Shown here one piece after another: positions 58,872 to 63,939 of a stretch of DNA of 63,939 nt. The notes beneath the pieces were generated by a model, which saw nothing but the letters and a program-made list of their open reading frames with translations, ran no database searches and had not been told where the DNA came from. The DNA comes from an uncultured Bacteroidota bacterium (lineage in GTDB: Bacteria > Bacteroidota > Bacteroidia > Chitinophagales > Chitinophagaceae): assembly GCA_903821975.1 (NCBI GenBank), contig CAIJNJ010000021.1, forward strand, positions 1 through 63,939, given 5' to 3'. The translations under genes were made by a program, and so were the position numbers. How positions within the stretch are numbered: the stretch's first letter is position 1; each line of letters starts with the position of its first letter.

Positions 58872-59906
58872 TTGACTTTGCAGGCGATCATCACTTCCAT
58901 AAAAGAAGAAACACCGGGCGTAAAAACCTTTACCATCACGTATGAGGATGGCAGCGCTATTCCATATAGCGCCGGCCAGTTCATCACTTTTGCCTTCACC
59001 CATCATGGCAAAGAAGAGCGGCGGTCGTTCTCCATATCATCTTGCCCTGTACTAAATGAGCCCCTTTCTTTTACCGTAAAGCGCATAGATAATGGCGCCT
59101 ACTCCCGCTTGCTCACTGACAGGGCCGCTATTGGCGATAAACTATATACTACGGGCGCGACAGGGCTGTTTACCATTCCGCAAAATATAGGCGAATACAG
59201 GCAAGTCTTTTTCTTTGCTGCTGGCATCGGCATCACGCCTGTATTTTCACTGATAAAAACATTGCTGCATACACGGCCTGGCCTGCAGGTCGTGCTCATA
59301 TACAGCAACAGGTCGCGGGAAGAAGTCGTGTTTTATAATGAGCTGCAGGCGTTAGTGGAGAAAATTCCGGACAATTTTAAGGTCGAATTTTTATACAGCA
59401 ATTCTTTCAACCTGGCCCGCGCCCGTCTCAGCAAGGCATTGCTACCCGTTTTGCTGGATGAATATATTACTGCACCCAAAAAAGAAGTGTTGTTCTATAT
59501 CTGCGGCCCGTTTGCATACATGCGCATGGCTATACTTACGCTCGAGGAGCAGGGTATACACGATGAGCACATAAGAAAAGAAAACTTCAACACGAATGAC
59601 CGGCAAGTAAAGAAAATAGAGCCGCCCGATAAAGCCACACATACTGCGACTGTAAAACACGGTGGCAAAGAATATACCTTCCCCGTTGTTTACCCCGATA
59701 CGATATTACAAGCTGCAAAGAAAGCTGGCCTGCCATTGCCATATAGCTGCGAAGTGGGCCGCTGTGGCAGTTGTGCAGCCCGTTGCACAAAAGGTAAGGT
59801 ATGGCTTTCCTACAACGAAGTGCTTATGGATATCGACCTGAAACACGGCAGCATCCTCACCTGCGTAGGTCACCCTGTAGATGGCGATGTGACGATAGAA
59901 GCGTGA
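58872..59906 (+). CDS. Ferredoxin--NAD(P) reductase-like oxidoreductase with 2Fe-2S domain (second PaaE-like)
   Basis: RRSFSISS, AGIGITP, ICGP, PYSC..GRCGSC, LTC; TTG start. Confidence 0.88.
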   Translation: MTLQAIITSIKEETPGVKTFTITYEDGSAIPYSAGQFITFAFTHHGKEERRSFSISSCPVLNEPLSFTVKRIDNGAYSRLLTDRAAIGDKLYTTGATGLFTIPQNIGEYRQVFFFAAGIGITPVFSLIKTLLHTRPGLQVVLIYSNRSREEVVFYNELQALVEKIPDNFKVEFLYSNSFNLARARLSKALLPVLLDEYITAPKKEVLFYICGPFAYMRMAILTLEEQGIHDEHIRKENFNTNDRQVKKIEPPDKATHTATVKHGGKEYTFPVVYPDTILQAAKKAGLPLPYSCEVGRCGSCAARCTKGKVWLSYNEVLMDIDLKHGSILTCVGHPVDGDVTIEA

Positions 59907-59913
59907 TGCGTAG

Positions 59914-59948
59914 TAGGTGTCCTACACCTCAAAGGTGTGGGACACCTA
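59914..59948. repeat. REP-like palindrome, second copy of the 29099 family
   Basis: TAGGTGTCCTACACCT-CAA-AGGTGTGGGACACCTA between convergent genes. Confidence 0.75.
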
Positions 59949-60010
59949 TACTAGAATATTTATGCAGACGAATGTGGGAAAACTTTTGGCTTTGCCTTTT
60001 CACTTTTGAC

Positions 60011-61711
60011 CTAATACAAATCCACCCCCTTCTTTCTCATGTCCACCACTTTCCATTTATCACCCACCTGGTACAGCAGTTCATATTGCGATGCTGGCTT
60101 TTTCATGGTCAGCTCATACATGTGGCCGCCATCTATCATGTTCAGTTTGTAATCATCGTTCTCGTAGCTAAAGCCGCCCTGTCCGCCAAACCACCACCAT
60201 GTGCCCCATTGGTTCAGGGTTACGCGTACCATACTGTCATTGAGCACTGTAGTATGGGCGCCATCATCAGGCGTCAGCATGTTGTACGAAAGGCCATCAT
60301 AAACAGTATTGCTGATCTGCTCACCCGGCAACAGCAGGTTGTGCATGAATTTATATTCGCTCTCTTTTTCTGATCCTATCATCGGCACACCGTGCATAGA
60401 TTCCGGCAGGTTCAGCAGCACAATGATCTTATTACCGGCATCGGGTAAATTATACAACAATCCGTAGTCTACTTTGTAAGATTTCCCCCAGTACCTGCTC
60501 ACCTGTATCGCAAAACGAAGATTGGCCAACGCATAAAAAGCTATTATCCCCACCCTGATATATTGCATCGTAATAAAAGCAGCGATCACCGCCAGCATCA
60601 TGTACAGGAATGCACAGGTAAAATAAGTGTAACGGTCATACATCACCAACAAAATATCGCCAAACCACAATGGCAATAACAACAGGAAAGTAACAGATAC
60701 CCAAATAAACAAAAGGCTGGCCACGCGTCCTTTCCCACCCATGTTGCGGAAACCTGTGGCGATGTACACCAGTATAATAGCCGAGATGCTATAAAACACA
60801 TCCATACATAAGGTGCTGTCGCAAAACTTATACACAGCCTGTTTTGTATCCTGCCCGAAAAACCTGCCGAGGCAAAGCAGGTGGAAAAAGTATTTTACCG
60901 GTTTGCCAAGCCCAGTCAGTGGCGCTGCGGCAACAGCATCCGTGCCTATCCGCGATACCCAGCCACCATATAATACCCTGAACTCTACTAGCCGCAAACA
61001 AAACATAACAAGCTCCGGCAAAACGAACAGCAACAATATGTTTAGAAACATTCCTTTCCTGCATATCGGGCTGAAACGGTAAAACAACCCAAGACTAAGC
61101 ACCAGCCATGGCGTTATATAAAACACTTCCAGCGTATGCGTGGATAATAAATAAACAATACCGGCACACCATGCGTACTTCTTGTTGGTAGTGTGCATGT
61201 ACTGTTGCACCCAAACCAGTATGAGCAGTATAAATAATAACCCCTGTAAAAAATGGAAGGACGGCTCCCACACAATGACCTCGGAGATATAAGGAGAAAC
61301 GCAGAACAGCAACACACCTGTAAAAGCAATGGTCTTGCCGTTCTTTACGCCAGCATCATAAAGTAACCGCGAGCATAAAGTAAACAGCAGGCAGCAATTG
61401 GTCACGTGCAGGGTAATGAACAGCAGGTGCCACAGCCATGCATGTATGCCAAAGAGTTTGTAGAAAATATAAGTGTTGAATTGCGTCATCTGGTACAGGC
61501 TGGTGACCTTAAAATTGCTCCTGTTTATATATTCCCAAAAACCGTGGTTCCTCACTTGGTCAAGCCAACCGGTGAAGTCTGTTACAAAACCCGCCTTTGC
61601 CGCAGGGAAATAAAGCACAAACATCAGCACCCATAAAATGCCAAATACCTTCGGGGTATTTAACCAGCCGCTCTCCCGGCCCGCATCATCATATGTGCTG
61701 TTGTTTTGCAA
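60011..61711 (-). CDS. Polytopic membrane protein, possibly GT-C fold glycosyltransferase
   Basis: More than 10 TM segments; GFVTDF after TM1; SEVIVW; DRYTY; C-terminal soluble domain. Confidence 0.7.
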   Translation of the reverse strand: MQNNSTYDDAGRESGWLNTPKVFGILWVLMFVLYFPAAKAGFVTDFTGWLDQVRNHGFWEYINRSNFKVTSLYQMTQFNTYIFYKLFGIHAWLWHLLFITLHVTNCCLLFTLCSRLLYDAGVKNGKTIAFTGVLLFCVSPYISEVIVWEPSFHFLQGLLFILLILVWVQQYMHTTNKKYAWCAGIVYLLSTHTLEVFYITPWLVLSLGLFYRFSPICRKGMFLNILLLFVLPELVMFCLRLVEFRVLYGGWVSRIGTDAVAAAPLTGLGKPVKYFFHLLCLGRFFGQDTKQAVYKFCDSTLCMDVFYSISAIILVYIATGFRNMGGKGRVASLLFIWVSVTFLLLLPLWFGDILLVMYDRYTYFTCAFLYMMLAVIAAFITMQYIRVGIIAFYALANLRFAIQVSRYWGKSYKVDYGLLYNLPDAGNKIIVLLNLPESMHGVPMIGSEKESEYKFMHNLLLPGEQISNTVYDGLSYNMLTPDDGAHTTVLNDSMVRVTLNQWGTWWWFGGQGGFSYENDDYKLNMIDGGHMYELTMKKPASQYELLYQVGDKWKVVDMRKKGVDLY

Positions 61712-62141
61712 TAATTTCAGATTTTATTACTAGTCAGAGCTTTAATATATAATGTGTTTAATTGCCCCGGCCTTCAGGCCGGGGGATGAAAGATAAGATG
61801 AAAATTGCTTTAGCCGAAATAGATAGCCAAGGTATCTTGAGAGAAATTCCCCCTTGCGCGATAGAATGTGCATGGGCGAAGGGGGTTAGGGGGATGTTTT
61901 TGCAGGTGCAGCATCACATGCGCTGTTGTTTTGCAATAATTTCAGATTTTATTACTAGTCAGAGCTTTAATATATAATGTGTTTAATTGCCCCGGCCTTC
62001 AGGCCGGGGGATGAAAGATAAGATGAAAATGGCTTTAGCCGAAATAGATAGCCAAGGTATCTTGAGAGAAATTCCCCCTTGCGTGATGGAATGTGCGTGG
62101 GCGAAGGGGGTTAGGGGGATGTTACTACAGGTGCAGCATCA
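61697..62141. repeat. Diverged tandem duplication, period 225 bp
   Basis: 61697-61916 versus 61922-62141; 7 substitutions counted by eye. Confidence 0.95.
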
Positions 62142-63501
62142 TCGCGGCCACACTAAAATAAATGATCAGCCCCGTCACATCCACCAGCGTAGCCACAAAT
62201 GGCGCCGATGAAGTTGCCGGGTCCAGTTTCAGCCTTTTGAGCAGAATTGGTATCATAGACCCGCTCAGTGTGCCCCACATCACTATTCCTATCAGCGAGA
62301 AAGAAACTGTAAGCGCCACAAGTACCCAGTTGAAATGCTCACCATAATTATAAAAGCCCAGTTGTTGCCATATCGCTATGCGGATAAACCCTATAGTGCC
62401 CAGGATCGCACCCAAAGTAAGCCCTGAGAATATTTCCCGGCGCATTACATACCACCAGTCCTTTGGCGATAATTCCTTCAGTGCCATAGCGCGGATGATA
62501 AGCGTTGCCGCCTGCGAACCGCTGTTACCGCCGCTGCTCATAATAAGCGGTACGAACATCGCCAGTACCAGCGCCTTATCCAGCTCCACCTGGAAGTGCT
62601 GCATGGCCGTAGCAGTCAGCATCTCACTCAGAAACAGGATGATGAGCCAACCGGCCCTCTTCTGTATCAGCGTAAAGAAACCCGTTTTCACGTATGGCAG
62701 GTCCAGTGATTCCACACCACCAAACTGTTGCATGTCCTTGGTATATTTTTCTTCAGACTCATCTATCACGTCATCCACCGTCACCACCCCCATCACCACA
62801 TTGTTGCTGTTGGTTACGGGCAGCGCTACACGGTCGTACTCCTTAAATTTTTGTATCGCGTCTTCTATGCTGTCTTGTATATCCAGCTTCACGTAGAAGC
62901 CGTCCATTATGTCCTCTATCGTCTTGGTGTGCTCGTTAAGTACCAGCCGCCTGATCGGTATATCATCCACCAGCTTGCCGTTGCTGTCAATTACAAATAT
63001 CACATTGGCGGCGGGCGTATCGGTATAGAAGCGGCGCAGGTGCTCTATAGCCTGCCCTATGGTCCACTCCTTTCTTACGGTCGTAAAGTTGGTATTGATA
63101 AGGCGCGCCACGCTCTGCTCCGGGTAGCCCAGCAGGTCGTAGGTAGCCAGCCTGTTCTTGTCATTCAGCAGGTTCAGGAATTCGGTCACCTCTATGCCGT
63201 CCAGCGTATCAAAAAAAGCGATGCGGTCGTTCGATTCCAGGTTGTTAAGGATATTGGATACCTGCGAGCGCGGCAGTTCTTCTATAACACCCAGTTGCAG
63301 TACATGGTCCAGGAATGAGAATATCTGTACCTGTATTTTTTCCGGTAACGAAAGAAAGGTATTTATGGCATGGTCAGTAGGCAGCGAGCTCAGTAGCTTC
63401 GCCACCTGGGCAGGATAGTCTTCATCCTTGCTGTGGTGTAGCAACTCGCTGAGGTCGCCTTCCAGAATTTTCTCCCTTAGATCCTGAACCAGCATTGCCA
63501 T
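62125..63501 (-). CDS. mgtE: Magnesium transporter MgtE
   Basis: N-domain, CBS pair, KRAGWL, SSGGNSGSQ, DPATSSAPFVATLVDVTG. Confidence 0.97.
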   Translation of the reverse strand: MAMLVQDLREKILEGDLSELLHHSKDEDYPAQVAKLLSSLPTDHAINTFLSLPEKIQVQIFSFLDHVLQLGVIEELPRSQVSNILNNLESNDRIAFFDTLDGIEVTEFLNLLNDKNRLATYDLLGYPEQSVARLINTNFTTVRKEWTIGQAIEHLRRFYTDTPAANVIFVIDSNGKLVDDIPIRRLVLNEHTKTIEDIMDGFYVKLDIQDSIEDAIQKFKEYDRVALPVTNSNNVVMGVVTVDDVIDESEEKYTKDMQQFGGVESLDLPYVKTGFFTLIQKRAGWLIILFLSEMLTATAMQHFQVELDKALVLAMFVPLIMSSGGNSGSQAATLIIRAMALKELSPKDWWYVMRREIFSGLTLGAILGTIGFIRIAIWQQLGFYNYGEHFNWVLVALTVSFSLIGIVMWGTLSGSMIPILLKRLKLDPATSSAPFVATLVDVTGLIIYFSVAAMMLHL

Positions 63502-63939
63502 CCATATTTAATAGATTTAGAATTGGGATTTACCTTGAAATGATACCCGTATTTGCAGACAGGCACGCAAAATTAACCTTATTTCCTTTCCCTCCAAGAA
63601 TTAAATTACTTTCTAAAGGGTTTTGGGGTTAAATGTTTATTAAATGGTTATGGGGTGGGCTTATTGCTGCTATTTCGCTGTGGTGGCGTTGGCACCGTTC
63701 AGGTGTAGGCTACTATTGAACTTTCCTACTAACAGTAAAAAAATAATGGCATGTCTATTTTACTGGTATCGCATGGGTGAAACGCCTTGTAAATGCGATT
63801 AACAGACTTAGAGTTATGGAAAATTAAGCTATTAAAAAAGTGGGATTTGTATGTCTGGAGAGTCTTCCTTTGGTTGGATAAATTTTATTTTTATTCCTTT
63901 GCTTGTATATTTTACTTGCATCGATTTTATGTTTTCGAA

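Noticed and set aside
61697-62141. Possible diversity-generating retroelement TR/VR pair, given a bAvd-like gene in the window
   Set aside because: Mismatches are not confined to adenines in either copy or strand, the repeat is mostly intergenic, and no reverse transcriptase is present.
61762-62211. Twin plus-strand ORFs MPRPSGRGMKDKMK...
   Set aside because: By-products of the duplicated intergenic DNA; they start inside a palindromic repeat.
63502-63939. Possible Mg-responsive riboswitch upstream of mgtE
   Set aside because: Could not recognise M-box/ykoK features by eye; needs an Infernal/Rfam scan.

Overview
Chromosomal segment of a Bacteroidota bacterium, most likely Chitinophagales. 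This is inferred from TAnnTTTG promoters, no obvious Shine-Dalgarno sites, a GLPGLI/beta-barrel gene pair and futalosine-pathway genes. Housekeeping genes include polA, gltX, clpX, thyA-folA, gcvH, hpt, alaS, dnaN, mgtE, mqnC, mqnD and a UbiD-family decarboxylase. Envelope and hydrolase genes are mixed in. Single accessory genes are wedged between core genes: two TA pairs, an orphan higA, an ORF6N gene, an AAA-DUF4143 ATPase, a GIY-YIG nuclease and a four-helix-bundle gene. I found no rRNA, tRNA, CRISPR array, transposase, integrase or reverse transcriptase by eye. The most unusual signals are non-coding. (1) About a dozen degenerate 7-8-mer arrays follow one polarity rule: purine-rich just after stop codons, pyrimidine-rich just before promoters or starts. 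Two are paired as inverted 'empty' cassettes, and similar heptamers sit in-frame inside polA. (2) Several families of tiny REP/MITE-like palindromes occur, some nested. (3) The -7 box lies exactly 4 nt before the ATG in many genes, suggesting leaderless mRNAs. (4) There is a diverged 225-bp tandem duplication. (5) A membrane gene is broken by a GATC duplication. All family assignments come from motif recognition, not database searches.
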